Shown: positions 1 to 10,827, counted from the stretch's first letter. The stretch: 64,000 bases of DNA from a virus (IMGVR_UViG_3300044259_000036:27596-91595); one strand, 5' to 3'. Program-made: numbers and translations. The notes: generated by a model from the letters alone, not told the origin.

Positions 1-1
1 C

Positions 2-3000
2 TACCGCACCGTGTACAACGGCCCGGGCACCTCGTTCGACATGACCAACGCCGAGGCAGGTCAGTGGACCGTCCGCGTGCGCTCTACTGCCAGCACCGGC
101 AAGCTGTCCCAGTGGACTGCGCGTACCGTACAGATCAGCCAGCTGCTCCTGCCAACCCCGCCGGACTCGGTGAACGTGGCCGTGGCCACCTTCAGCGTGA
201 CGCTGACCCCGCTCAGCGCCTACACCGATGCCATGTGGGAATTCTGGCGCAGCCTGGTACCACTCACTGCTCAGCAGATCGAGGCGAACGCCCAGCAGCT
301 ACCGACCGGCCAGTACCTGGTAGACGCTGACCTCAAGCCGGACACCCAGTATTACTACTATGTCCGCGGCGTGAACCAGTACGGCAAGTCCAACTGGTTC
401 GGCGTACAGGCCAAGACCCTCAACAACTTCGACGACATCCTCGAGGCGGTGACTGAGGACATCAAGGAAGGCATCCTCTACCAGTATTTCGAGGAGAAGA
501 TCGACACCAAGGCCGCCCAGGTTGCGATCGACAAGGCCAACGAAGTCGTCAACGGCGCGCTGACCGAGGTCAACCAGTCGATCGCCGACCTGAACGCCAC
601 TGTCGACCAAGTGGGAAGCACGGTCACCACCGGACTGGCGGACGCCAACACCGCGATTCAGGCTGTGAAGACCCAGGCCGACGGCATCCGCGCGGACTTG
701 AACACCAACGTGTCCAGCGTCTCCGGCACCCTGCAGAGTATCCTGGGCAACGTCAGCACGCTGCAGAGCGAGACCAACACGCTCAAGACCAGCATGACCT
801 CGGTGCAGGGTTCGATCACTACCATCAACACCACCACCGGGACCCTGCGCGCGGACCTGACCGCCCTGCAGACCGACGTTTCCACGCAGGTCGGTACGCT
901 GCAGGGCCTGACCGGAGGCCTGCGCACCGACCTGAGTGCCCTGCAGTCCAGCGTCTCCACGCAGGTCAGCGGGCTGCAGGCTCAGCTGGACGCTGCATCG
1001 AGCGCGCGTGAGTACAACAAGGGGAACGCCTACACCGCCGGCCAGTTCATCAGTGTCGGGCGATCGCTGTACCAGGCGAAGATCGCGGTACCGGCCAAAG
1101 CCGACGGCACCAACGCGCCGCCGAACGCCACCTACTGGCGGGATGCCGGCAGCGTCGTGGCTTCCGCAGATGGCTTGGCCGCCCGCGTGACCACCGCCGA
1201 GACTAACATCGGCACGATCAACGGAACGCTGACCTCCCAGGCGACGACCATCAGCGGTCTCCAGACCACCCTGAACGGCAAGGCTGACTCCAGTGCGCTG
1301 ACGGCGCTGACCAGCCGTGTGACCGCCGCTGAGAACACCATCACCAGCCAGGGTTCTGCGATCACCAGCCTGACCAACACCGTGGCCGGCAAGGCGGATG
1401 CCTCGGCCGTGACTGCGCTGACCACTCGCGTCACGGCGGCGGAAGGCACGCTGACCTCGCTCAGCAACTCGCTGACCACCGTACAGGCCACGCTTGGCAA
1501 CATCGCCGGCAACGGTAGCAACTTGGTGCCATCGGAATACAGCTGGCTGTCCGCAGCCGTGCCGACCATTGCCATGAGCCCTGTAACCCCTGTGGTGTCG
1601 GAGGCTGACGCCACCGTGCCGAGCGGGTACCGCTACAAGATCACCCGTGGCAACGCCTCCAACCCGTGGACCATGTTCTGCAAGACGAACAACGCGGCGG
1701 GCTGGAACACTACCCTGACGGCCGGCACCTACATCGTGTCGTTCTACGCGAACACCAACGCGGCAGGCGTGACCAACGGCCTGAAGGCCCGGTCGGCTGT
1801 GTGGGACGGTACGTCCCGCGGAACCACTGACTTCACCGTGACCGCCGCCCGCACCCGGTACAGCCACCTGGTAACCCTGGCTGCCGACACCGTGGGCGCG
1901 CTGACGATCTTCCTGCCCACCGGCGCCGTAGGCGACCTGCTGTGGGTCGACTCGCTCATGATCGAGCGGCAGATCGCCAACGGCACCACACCGTCGGCCT
2001 TCGTAGCGGGTCCAACTGGCTCCGAGATCACTGGCCTGGCCACTGCGCAGACCGCGCTGGAGGCCCGTGTCACATCTGCAGAAGGTGTGAACACCTCTCA
2101 AGCGACCTCGATCACCAACCTGAACAGCTCGCTGGCAGGTAAGGCGGACGCATCCGCTCTCACAGCCCTTACCACTCGGGTGACCGCGGCTGAAGGTGTG
2201 AACACGTCGCAGGGTGACTCGATCACCAGCCTAACCAACACGGTCAATGGTAAGGCCGACGCCTCTGCGCTGACGGCGCTGACCACCCGCGTCACCGCGG
2301 CTGAGGGGTCGATTTCCAGTCAGGGTAGTGCGATCACCAACCTGACCAACAGCCTGGCAGGGAAAGCGGACGCTGCCGCCCTGACTGCGCTCACCACCCG
2401 TGTTACCAGCGCAGAGGGCACCCTTACCTCGCTGGGCAACTCGCTGACCAGCGTGCAGGCTACGCTGGGCGGGATCTCCGGCAACGGCACGAACATGCTG
2501 CCGGCGGAATACTGCGTGTTCGGCGCAACGGCGCCGGCCATGGTCGTGGGCGGCGGCATCACCGCAGAGGTGGAAGCAGACGCCACTGCGTTCAGCGGAT
2601 ACGCCCTGAAGTTCCAGAAGAACAGCGGCACGGCCACTGTCTACCTGTCGCCTTCGACCGTGTTCGGTTCGGCGAACATGGTGTTGAAGAAGAAGAAATA
2701 CTTGGTGTCGATGTACGCCCGGGCGGGCACCGCTGGCCATCAGTTCCGCGCTGGCTTCCGTGCCATCCAGGCCGACGGCACCGTGGTGTTCCACTACCCG
2801 AGCAACATGACCGTCACCACTGAGTGGGCGCGCTACACAACGGTCATCGACATGACCGCCTCGCCTGCCGACAAGATGATCCTGTGCATCGACGCCAAGT
2901 CGGGCACCGGCGCCTACGGCGTGCCAGTGTGGGTCGACAAGATCATGGTCGAGGAGCAGATCGGTACTGGCACCGAGCCCTCAGCATTCGTGATGGGCAA

Positions 3001-6000
3001 CAGCGCCGGCCAGGTAACTGGGCTCGCTGCCGCGCAGACCGCGCTGGAAGCCCGTGTGACTGCTGCAGAAGGGGTTAACACCTCCCAGGCCACGTCGATC
3101 ACCAACCTGAACAGCTCGCTGGCCGGCAAGGCGGACGCATCCGCGCTCACCGCCCTGACCACCCGCGTGACCGCGGCCGAAGGGGTGAACACCTCGCAGG
3201 GTGAGTCGATCACCAGCCTGACCAACAGCCTTGGCAGCAAAGCGGACGCATCTGCGCTCACCGCACTCACCACCCGTGTCACGGCTGCCGAGGGGGTGAA
3301 CACCTCGCAAGGCACCGCGATCACCAACCTGACTAACAGCCTGACTGGTAAGGCTGACGTGTCCGCGCTGAACGCGCTGACCACCCGCGTCTCTGCGGCG
3401 GAAGGGTCGATCATCAGCCAGGGCAACTCGCTGACCAGCGTGCAGGCTACCCTCGGCAACATCGGCGGGAACGGTACCAACCTGCTTCCCACCGAGTGGA
3501 GCTGGCTGACCTCCCTGAACGCACCACCTCTGCCGAAAGGCGCTGCGGTAAACCTGAGCATGGTGGCGATCGCAGAAGCTGATTCCGGGTTCGGGGTCAA
3601 GTCGGACACCGTAAACGGTGGTTCGGTGACCAACAGCTTCTACATGTACTCCCCGGCCAACAACGCAGGCGGGCGAAACATCCGCATCGAGCCGGGTACC
3701 TACCTGGTTTCGATGTACGTCAAGGCCAGCGCCGCTGCAACTGTCCGCGTCTCGCTGTACGACGGCACCCACCGCTACTCGGCGGACCAGACCTCGTCGA
3801 CCACCCGTACCCGCATGACCTTCCCGGTCACTGTGACGGATTCGGCGCGCATCTCGGTGACCGTGTACCCGAACCGGACGATGCTCAACGACATCAGCAC
3901 CGAGATCGACTCGGTGATGATCGAGCGCCGAATCGGCGAGAGCAACACCCCGTCCCCGTTCGTAGCAGGCCCTACTGGCTCCGAAGTCGCCACCTTGGCC
4001 AGCGCACAGACTGCGCTGGAGGCCCGTGTCACAGCTGCAGAAGGTGTGAACACCTCTCAAGCGACTTCGATTACCAACCTGAACAGCTCGCTGGCCGGGA
4101 AGGCAGACGCCTCCGCTCTCACAGCCCTGACCACTCGGGTTACGGCGGCTGAAGGTGTGAACACGTCGCAAGGCAGTGCGATCACAAGTCTGACCAACAG
4201 CGTCGCTGGTAAAGCGGATGTGTCGGCCCTTAACGCGCTGACCACCCGTGTCACGGCTGCCGAAGGCACGCTGACCGCGCTCAGCAGCTCGGTAACCACC
4301 GTTCAGGCCACGCTGGGCAACATCGCCGGTAGCGGCGTCAACCTGCTGCCAAGCGAATACAGCTGGCTGACCAGCACTACCCTGCCGACCATGACCAGCT
4401 CGCTGTCCAACCGGTCCGGCGTAGCAGTGGCGGGCTCCCCTTCGGGCTTCGGCTACTACCTGCAGGCGACCAGCAACAGCCTGTTCTCGTACATGGTCAT
4501 GGCGCCGAGCAACGCGGTGGCCAACTACAACCTGAGCCTGGAGGCCGGCACCTACCTAGTGTCGATGTACGTCAAGGGCGACACGGCTGGCCAAGTCATG
4601 GCCAACCTGTACGACGGCACGAACTCGCGCTCTGCGACCCTGGCCTACACCACCGCGCGTCAGCGTCTGACCTTCGTCATCACCTTGCCTGCGGCGGCCA
4701 AGAGCGCGCTGCTGATCTACCCGAACCGCCAAGGCGCTGCCACTGCTGGCATCACCGTCGATTCGATCATGATCGAGAGCCGCGTAGGCGAGAACAACAC
4801 GCCGTCGACCTTCGTGCCTGGTCCGTCTGCATCGGAAGTGGCCGGCGTGGCCAGCGCTACCACCGCGCTGGAGGCCCGTGTCACAGCCGCAGAAGGTGTA
4901 AACACCTCGCAGGCTACGTCGATCACCAACTTGAACAGCTCGCTGGCCGGGAAGGCAGACGCCTCCGCGCTGACAGCGCTGACCACCCGGGTAACCAACG
5001 CAGAGGGCGTGAACACCAGCCAGGGCAGCGCAATCACCAGCTTGACCGCAGGGGTGGGTAACACCAGCCAGGAAGACGTCCTGCTGAACCCTACGTGGGC
5101 TGCGGAGGGCTCGCTGAAGACCGAGAACGGTTCGGTCTACCAGATGGACTACGCCAACGCCACGGATGCAGGCGTACCAGCAGGCGCGCCGGCAGGCCGA
5201 CTGCTGTGGCGTCTGAAGAAGGCTGCGGACTCCGGGTGGGGAGGCACTGTCCTGAACTCCGCCTACGCCATTGGCGGAACGAACCAGATCTACAGCCGTG
5301 CTAACGCCGGAGATGTGATCAACCTGTCCTGCCACATGTTCTGCGAGAACACGGCCGCGAACGCAGGCAAAATCGCTATCACTCCAGTAGACGCTGACGG
5401 TAACAGCGGCGGCGTGGGCAACATCAGGATCTTGGGCTACGACGCTGCAACTGGCGGCTGGCAGTTCCTGACCGCTCAGTACACCATTCCGGCTGGCTAC
5501 GCAGGCTTCCGCATCTACGTGGTGCCAGAAGGCGTGGCGCCGGTAGGGTTCAAAATGTGGCTGGCCAACCTGAAGGTCACCCGTCAGACCGCAGGTGAGA
5601 AGACCCTGGCCTCTGCCCAACAGGCGCTGGACACCCGCGTGACGGCTGCCGAAGGCACCATCACCAGCCAGGGCAGCTCGATCACCAACCTGAGCAACAG
5701 CCTGGCCAACAAGGCGGATGCTTCGGCACTCACCGCACTGACCACTCGCGTCACCGCCGCTGAGGGTGTGAACACCAGCCAGGGTACGTCGATCACCAAC
5801 CTGACCAACAGCCTGGCCGGGAAAGCCGACGCATCCGCACTGACGGCGCTGACCACGCGCGTGACCGCCGCTGAAGGCGCGATCACTTCTCAGGGAAACA
5901 GCATCACGACGCTGACGTCGATGATCGGCCAGCAGCCCGACAACCTGATCCTGAAGGGTACCTTCGAGGACGGTGACATCGGTCCGTGGACTGCCAGCCC

Positions 6001-9000
6001 GTTGATTGCCAACGTGACGGCCCACGCTTCGTACAGCAAAGCCATCCAGTTCATGGCCAACAGCTTCTGCGGTACGACTCGGAACGTGATCACCCGCGGC
6101 GGGGAGGAGTTCGACTGCTCGGCGGATGTCTGGAACAACTACATGACGGCTGGTCAGACCACCCGCCTGCAGATCCAGTTCTACGACAAGGCCGATACGA
6201 GCCTGGGCTACTTCACTGCGTTCACCGTATACGCAGGTGCAAACGGCTTCCAGACCTACAGCGGTCGCATCACCGCGCCTGCGGGTTCGGTCACCGCGCG
6301 CTTCGTGGTCCGCCACGAAACCTCGGACGGCACCGGCCGCTCGCTGTGGTGCAACATTCAGGCGCGTCGTGTGTCGATGGCTGACTCGGCCAACGCCGCG
6401 GCTACCAGCGCGCTGACCACCCGTGTGACCTCGGCGGAAGGCTCGCTGACCTCGCAGGGCAGTTCGATCACCAACCTGACCAACTCGATGAACGCTATTG
6501 CTGGCTCGGGTAGTAACCTGCTGCCGGCGGAATACAGCGCCTTCTCGGCGACCGGCCCGGTCACCTCCACCAACGCAGCCTACTCGGTGGCTGTTGAAGC
6601 GGACGCCGCTGCGTTCAACGGCTACGCGCTGAAGCTGACCACCAACAACACCACCAACAGTACGATGTACTTCGTACCGTCCGCCGCCGCGACCGTCGTT
6701 TACGGCCACGCCAACATCGGCTTCAAACGCGGCAAATACATCGTCTCCTACTACGCGAAGGCAAACGTCGCTGGGCACACCATTGCGCCGTTCCTCAAGA
6801 GCATCGCGGTGGGTAACGCGAACGTTAACTCGAACATCGCCAACCAGAACCAGGCACTGACCACGGACTGGGCGCGCTATTCGGCTGTGATTGACATGAC
6901 CTCGGCCAGCCACGTCGGCGACCTGATGATGCTGTGCATGCAGCTGAACGTCTCGGTCACCTCCGGCCGTATCGTGTGGATCGACAAGGTCATGATCGAG
7001 CCCGCGGTAGGAGGCGGTACCGAGCCGTCTGCGTTCGTACCAGGTAACAGCGTCCGCCAAGTGATGCTGAACGCCGCTGCCACCCAGGCTCTGGATACCC
7101 GACTGACCGCCGCCGAAGGGGTTAACACCTCCCAGGCGACCTCGATTACCAGCCTGAACAGCTCGCTGGCCGGGAAAGCTGACAACTCCGCACTGACAGC
7201 GCTGACCACCCGCGTCACCGCAGCGGAGGGGTCCATCACCAGCCAGGGCAGCTCGATCACCGCCCTCAGCTCCACCTTGGGCGGGATCTCGGGTAACGGT
7301 GCCAACCTGCTGCCGTCGCAGTACAGCTGGCTGACCAGTGCGGTTGCACCTCAGATGGCGGTATCCGCTACCACGATCGCAGGTGTTGCGGTGGCTGGGT
7401 CGGTGAGTGGCTTTGGCTTCACAGCGACTTCCACCTCTGCAAGCACTGGCTGCTACGCCGAATTGGCCCCATCCAACAACGCCGCCGGCTGGAACATCTG
7501 GATGGAGCCAGGCACCTACCTGGTGTCGTTCTACGCCTCGGCGCCGAGCGCTGCGTCGGTCCGGGTCAGCATGTACGACGGCGCACAGCGGTACAGCCCG
7601 ACCTTCACCCTGAATGCTACTCGCACCCGCTACTCGGGCGTGGTGACTGTAACAGCGGCTACCAAGGCCGGCCTGGTGTTGTTCTACAACATGGGTGGCG
7701 TCAGCGGCACTGTTGTCACCTTTGACTCGGTGATGATCGAGCGGCAGATCGCCGGGGGCACCGTGCCTTCGAGCTTCGTCGCCGGCCCATCCGCCTCGGA
7801 AGTAACCGGCCTGGCCACTGCTCAGCAGGCCCTGGATACCCGCGTGACCGCCGTAGAGGGTGTGAACACCTCCCAGGCCACGTCGATCACCAACCTGAAC
7901 ACCTCGGTGGCCAGTAAGGCCGACGCTTCGGCGCTGAACGCCCTGACCACCCGGGTGACGACTGCCGAGAACACGATCACCAGCCAGAGCGGCGCGATCA
8001 CCAGCCTGACGTCCGGCCTGAACGGGGTGTCCACTGACAACCTGATCATCGACCCGACCTACGCTGTCGGCAACAACACCAACCAGGGTACCGTCACCGT
8101 CCTTACCCGCACGGCGCCGACCGTGACCTCGATCGGCTGCCCGGCACCGCGCGTCCTGAACTGGCCGGTGGCAACCAGCACCGGCAACACCTACATGGGT
8201 ATCAACGCGGTCGTGAACTCGCGATCGCCAGAGTCGGCGCTGGCCCACAACATGGCCGTGGCTGAGGGCGAGACCTACGACTTCGAGCTGTATGTGTTCT
8301 CGACGGTGGCCCGCCAGTATGGCCTGTGGATTCAGTTCTACGACACCGCCGGTGCCAGCATCAACCACACCTGGGCTGCCGAAGGCGGTGACGGTGTGCG
8401 CCTGTCCTCGACGGCGGGTGCGTGGGTCAAGCTGACCGGTACCGCCACTGTTCCGGCCGGCGTGATCCGCATGGCCATGTGCTTGCGCTTCAGCGCTGGT
8501 GACGCCACCACTGCCCAGATCTGTTCGCCGGTGTGCCGCAAGCGCGACGGCCAGACCAACGGCCAGGCCTCCGCCATCCAGAACCTGGACACTCGCGTGA
8601 CAGCGGCTGAAGGGGTGAACACCTCACAGGCAAGCTCGATCACCAGCCTGACCAGCACCGTGGCCGGCAAGGCGGATACCAGCGCGCTGAACTCGCTGAC
8701 CACCCGCGTGACGGCAGCCGAAGGTTCGATCTCCAGCCAGGGCAGCGCTGTGACTGCGCTGCAGACCTCACTGGGCAACATCGGCGGTACCGGCAGCAAC
8801 CTGAACCCGTCGGAATACTCGGTGTTCGGCCCGAATCCTCCAACCATCGGTGCACTGAGCAGCGGTCTGACCGCAAGCACCGTCGCGGACTCGGCGACCT
8901 TGGGCGGCTACGCGCTGAAGTTTGTCAGCTCCAACACCACCACCACGCTGGCCTGCTACCTGCACGCCTCTAACACGGTGGCGGCGGTTGGCTCGTTCCC

Positions 9001-9946
9001 GATGGCGTACAGCCCGGGCAAGTACATCCTGTCGTTCTACGCCAAGGCCAACGTAGCCGGCCGCACGATCAAGGCTTGGCTGCGCGCGCTGAACTCGGCA
9101 GACGCAGTGGTTGCACCTACGGCGCCGACCTTCACGCTGACCACCGGGTGGGTCCGCTACTCGGCCATCATGGACCTGAGCAACGCCACCACCTACTCGG
9201 GCAGCCGGATGGTGTTCGCTGTCACTCCGAACAACTCGGGCGTCTCCGGTACCGAGGTCTACCTCGATCGGATCATGGTCGAGCAGCAGATCGGCTCCAA
9301 CGCTACGCCTTCCGCGTTCGACGGCGGTACCAGCTACACCCAGGCGCAGGCCCAGGCATCCGCGATCAACTCGCTGGATACTCGACTGACCTCGGCTGAA
9401 GGGGTGAACACCTCCCAGGCTAGCTCGATCACCAGCCTGACCAGCCGTGTAGGGAGCGCTGAGGCGAGCATCAGCACCACTGCCAGCACCCTGGCCAGCA
9501 CTAACGGCACGCTGTCGTCGATGTGGGCCATGAAGATGACCCAGACCTCCAACGGGATCAACTACGTTGCAGGTATGGGTGTCAGCCTGGTAACCGACGC
9601 GAACTCAGGTATCGCGCAGGCCGCCATCGCCTTCCAGGCTGACCGCTTCGCGCTGCTGAACGTCGCGAACAACTCGGTTACGGTGCCGTTCTTCGTAGAA
9701 AACGGGGTAACCTATATCCAGCAGGCGATGATTAAGGCAGCCACGATCACCAACCTGATCGTCGGTACCGAACTCAGCTCCGCTGCACAGACCAACTGGG
9801 GCGGCCCGGTGATGCAGGTCAACTTCAACATTGGCCAGGTCGTCACCCGCCACCCTACATCGGCCTGGACTTACACCGTGATGGATAGAAACGGCGTGGT
9901 CGTGGTCGTTAACGGGGTAGTCCGGGTGCGGATGGGCGTCTGGTAA
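2..9946 (+). CDS. Giant central tail fibre / host-specificity protein J-like, 5'-truncated by the window
   Basis: Frame is open from base 2. FN3-like N-terminal part (YYYYVRGVNQYGKS), coiled-coil repeats (ALTALTTRVTAAEG), CBM5/12-like motif (YTAGQFISVGRSLYQAK...YW), ten jelly-roll-like modules, and a DUF1983-type C-terminus (YVAGMG...FQADRFA...PFFVENG) ending VRVRMGVW. Confidence 0.9.
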   Translation, partial: YRTVYNGPGTSFDMTNAEAGQWTVRVRSTASTGKLSQWTARTVQISQLLLPTPPDSVNVAVATFSVTLTPLSAYTDAMWEFWRSLVPLTAQQIEANAQQLPTGQYLVDADLKPDTQYYYYVRGVNQYGKSNWFGVQAKTLNNFDDILEAVTEDIKEGILYQYFEEKIDTKAAQVAIDKANEVVNGALTEVNQSIADLNATVDQVGSTVTTGLADANTAIQAVKTQADGIRADLNTNVSSVSGTLQSILGNVSTLQSETNTLKTSMTSVQGSITTINTTTGTLRADLTALQTDVSTQVGTLQGLTGGLRTDLSALQSSVSTQVSGLQAQLDAASSAREYNKGNAYTAGQFISVGRSLYQAKIAVPAKADGTNAPPNATYWRDAGSVVASADGLAARVTTAETNIGTINGTLTSQATTISGLQTTLNGKADSSALTALTSRVTAAENTITSQGSAITSLTNTVAGKADASAVTALTTRVTAAEGTLTSLSNSLTTVQATLGNIAGNGSNLVPSEYSWLSAAVPTIAMSPVTPVVSEADATVPSGYRYKITRGNASNPWTMFCKTNNAAGWNTTLTAGTYIVSFYANTNAAGVTNGLKARSAVWDGTSRGTTDFTVTAARTRYSHLVTLAADTVGALTIFLPTGAVGDLLWVDSLMIERQIANGTTPSAFVAGPTGSEITGLATAQTALEARVTSAEGVNTSQATSITNLNSSLAGKADASALTALTTRVTAAEGVNTSQGDSITSLTNTVNGKADASALTALTTRVTAAEGSISSQGSAITNLTNSLAGKADAAALTALTTRVTSAEGTLTSLGNSLTSVQATLGGISGNGTNMLPAEYCVFGATAPAMVVGGGITAEVEADATAFSGYALKFQKNSGTATVYLSPSTVFGSANMVLKKKKYLVSMYARAGTAGHQFRAGFRAIQADGTVVFHYPSNMTVTTEWARYTTVIDMTASPADKMILCIDAKSGTGAYGVPVWVDKIMVEEQIGTGTEPSAFVMGNSAGQVTGLAAAQTALEARVTAAEGVNTSQATSITNLNSSLAGKADASALTALTTRVTAAEGVNTSQGESITSLTNSLGSKADASALTALTTRVTAAEGVNTSQGTAITNLTNSLTGKADVSALNALTTRVSAAEGSIISQGNSLTSVQATLGNIGGNGTNLLPTEWSWLTSLNAPPLPKGAAVNLSMVAIAEADSGFGVKSDTVNGGSVTNSFYMYSPANNAGGRNIRIEPGTYLVSMYVKASAAATVRVSLYDGTHRYSADQTSSTTRTRMTFPVTVTDSARISVTVYPNRTMLNDISTEIDSVMIERRIGESNTPSPFVAGPTGSEVATLASAQTALEARVTAAEGVNTSQATSITNLNSSLAGKADASALTALTTRVTAAEGVNTSQGSAITSLTNSVAGKADVSALNALTTRVTAAEGTLTALSSSVTTVQATLGNIAGSGVNLLPSEYSWLTSTTLPTMTSSLSNRSGVAVAGSPSGFGYYLQATSNSLFSYMVMAPSNAVANYNLSLEAGTYLVSMYVKGDTAGQVMANLYDGTNSRSATLAYTTARQRLTFVITLPAAAKSALLIYPNRQGAATAGITVDSIMIESRVGENNTPSTFVPGPSASEVAGVASATTALEARVTAAEGVNTSQATSITNLNSSLAGKADASALTALTTRVTNAEGVNTSQGSAITSLTAGVGNTSQEDVLLNPTWAAEGSLKTENGSVYQMDYANATDAGVPAGAPAGRLLWRLKKAADSGWGGTVLNSAYAIGGTNQIYSRANAGDVINLSCHMFCENTAANAGKIAITPVDADGNSGGVGNIRILGYDAATGGWQFLTAQYTIPAGYAGFRIYVVPEGVAPVGFKMWLANLKVTRQTAGEKTLASAQQALDTRVTAAEGTITSQGSSITNLSNSLANKADASALTALTTRVTAAEGVNTSQGTSITNLTNSLAGKADASALTALTTRVTAAEGAITSQGNSITTLTSMIGQQPDNLILKGTFEDGDIGPWTASPLIANVTAHASYSKAIQFMANSFCGTTRNVITRGGEEFDCSADVWNNYMTAGQTTRLQIQFYDKADTSLGYFTAFTVYAGANGFQTYSGRITAPAGSVTARFVVRHETSDGTGRSLWCNIQARRVSMADSANAAATSALTTRVTSAEGSLTSQGSSITNLTNSMNAIAGSGSNLLPAEYSAFSATGPVTSTNAAYSVAVEADAAAFNGYALKLTTNNTTNSTMYFVPSAAATVVYGHANIGFKRGKYIVSYYAKANVAGHTIAPFLKSIAVGNANVNSNIANQNQALTTDWARYSAVIDMTSASHVGDLMMLCMQLNVSVTSGRIVWIDKVMIEPAVGGGTEPSAFVPGNSVRQVMLNAAATQALDTRLTAAEGVNTSQATSITSLNSSLAGKADNSALTALTTRVTAAEGSITSQGSSITALSSTLGGISGNGANLLPSQYSWLTSAVAPQMAVSATTIAGVAVAGSVSGFGFTATSTSASTGCYAELAPSNNAAGWNIWMEPGTYLVSFYASAPSAASVRVSMYDGAQRYSPTFTLNATRTRYSGVVTVTAATKAGLVLFYNMGGVSGTVVTFDSVMIERQIAGGTVPSSFVAGPSASEVTGLATAQQALDTRVTAVEGVNTSQATSITNLNTSVASKADASALNALTTRVTTAENTITSQSGAITSLTSGLNGVSTDNLIIDPTYAVGNNTNQGTVTVLTRTAPTVTSIGCPAPRVLNWPVATSTGNTYMGINAVVNSRSPESALAHNMAVAEGETYDFELYVFSTVARQYGLWIQFYDTAGASINHTWAAEGGDGVRLSSTAGAWVKLTGTATVPAGVIRMAMCLRFSAGDATTAQICSPVCRKRDGQTNGQASAIQNLDTRVTAAEGVNTSQASSITSLTSTVAGKADTSALNSLTTRVTAAEGSISSQGSAVTALQTSLGNIGGTGSNLNPSEYSVFGPNPPTIGALSSGLTASTVADSATLGGYALKFVSSNTTTTLACYLHASNTVAAVGSFPMAYSPGKYILSFYAKANVAGRTIKAWLRALNSADAVVAPTAPTFTLTTGWVRYSAIMDLSNATTYSGSRMVFAVTPNNSGVSGTEVYLDRIMVEQQIGSNATPSAFDGGTSYTQAQAQASAINSLDTRLTSAEGVNTSQASSITSLTSRVGSAEASISTTASTLASTNGTLSSMWAMKMTQTSNGINYVAGMGVSLVTDANSGIAQAAIAFQADRFALLNVANNSVTVPFFVENGVTYIQQAMIKAATITNLIVGTELSSAAQTNWGGPVMQVNFNIGQVVTRHPTSAWTYTVMDRNGVVVVVNGVVRVRMGVW
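1190..9480 (+). repeat. Intragenic coiled-coil linker repeats in the tail fibre
   Basis: Dozens of near-identical units encoding LTTRVTAAEGVNTSQxxSITxLxxSLAGKADASALTA, with DNA such as ctgaccacccgcgtgaccgcggctgaaggtgtgaacacctc recurring between the globular modules. Confidence 0.95.
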
Positions 9947-9960
9947 GGGAAACAAGCAAC

Positions 9961-9984
9961 TGGTAGGCGTGAAAACGCCTACCA
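9961..9984. terminator. Stem-loop after the tail fibre gene
   Basis: tggtaggcgt-gaaa-acgcctacca, a perfect 10-bp stem. No U-tract on +; U-rich tail only on -. Confidence 0.5.
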
Positions 9985-10110
9985 CGGGCTAAGGCATATG
10001 TGACAGGCTACGGAAATCTGCCAACAGCCTTCGCTAGACACAACGATTTAGGATAACTTATGGCCGCGAAACGGACTTTCGTATCAAAACCAGCCGCAGA
10101 GGATCTGCTT

Positions 10111-10350
10111 ATGTACGCTGTGATCAACAAGACCAACAACTTCGACCCTGCCAACAACCTGCGCTTCGCCACCGAAGCCGAGGCCGAAGCCAAGGCAGTC
10201 GAGATCCTGAATCTCAACCCCACCCACGTTGTCCTCACCTGCGACCTGCTCAAGTCGTTCAAGGCTGTCGTGACCATCGAGTCCGGCCCTGTGGTTGAAG
10301 AAACCCCAGTGGGCGGCGGTGGCGATAGCGGCGAAGGCATGCCCGAGTAA
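10111..10350 (+). CDS. Hypothetical protein (alternative start 10060)
   Basis: ORF with phage-like codon usage; agagga upstream of ATG 10111. Confidence 0.7.
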   Translation: MYAVINKTNNFDPANNLRFATEAEAEAKAVEILNLNPTHVVLTCDLLKSFKAVVTIESGPVVEETPVGGGGDSGEGMPE

Positions 10351-10401
10351 GCATCACCAGGTGCCGGCACCTGCCGGCACCACTTGATGCACGGAGGCAT
10401 C

Positions 10402-10827
10402 ATGAGCAAACAACTCGAGAAGGACATCGACGTCCTGGCTCGCACCCTTTGGGGTGAGGCGCGAGGTGAGGGTTACACCGGCCAGGTCGCGGTAGCCTGG
10501 ACTGTCCGCAACCGGGTCGACGATGGCAAGGACAAGTCGTGGTGGGGTGAAGGCTACGCCGGCGTCTGCCAGAAGGCCTACCAGTTCAGCTGCTGGAACA
10601 AGAACGACCCGAACTACCCCTACCTGGCAGGGCTGAAGCAAATCCCTGCAGCGCAGTACGCCCAGGCGCGCAAGGCGGCGATCGCCGTGATGACCGGCGA
10701 GCTATCCGACCCTACCAAGGGTGCCACCCATTATTTCTCCGACGTGATCAAGGCTCCGGCCTGGTCCAAGAACGCAACTCAGACGCTGTACCTGGGTCAC
10801 CACCTGTTCTTCAGGAACGTTCCCTAG
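10402..10827 (+). CDS. Endolysin, SleB/Hydrolase_2-family cell wall hydrolase
   Basis: LARTLWGEARGE, VAVAWTVRNRV, YQFSCWN, DPTKGATHY and GHHLFF motifs; ggagg SD. Confidence 0.92.
   Translation: MSKQLEKDIDVLARTLWGEARGEGYTGQVAVAWTVRNRVDDGKDKSWWGEGYAGVCQKAYQFSCWNKNDPNYPYLAGLKQIPAAQYAQARKAAIAVMTGELSDPTKGATHYFSDVIKAPAWSKNATQTLYLGHHLFFRNVP

Noticed and set aside
299-8368. Long antisense ORFs (600, 396 and 1270 aa) and similar shadow ORFs opposite sbcC, polA and the helicases
   Set aside because: Expected stop-free shadows of GC-rich codon-biased genes; no motifs or RBS.
1190-9480. CRISPR-like or DGR repeat array
   Set aside because: Repeats are in-frame coding units with synonymous variation; no cas or reverse transcriptase gene and no adenine-specific TR/VR pair was seen.
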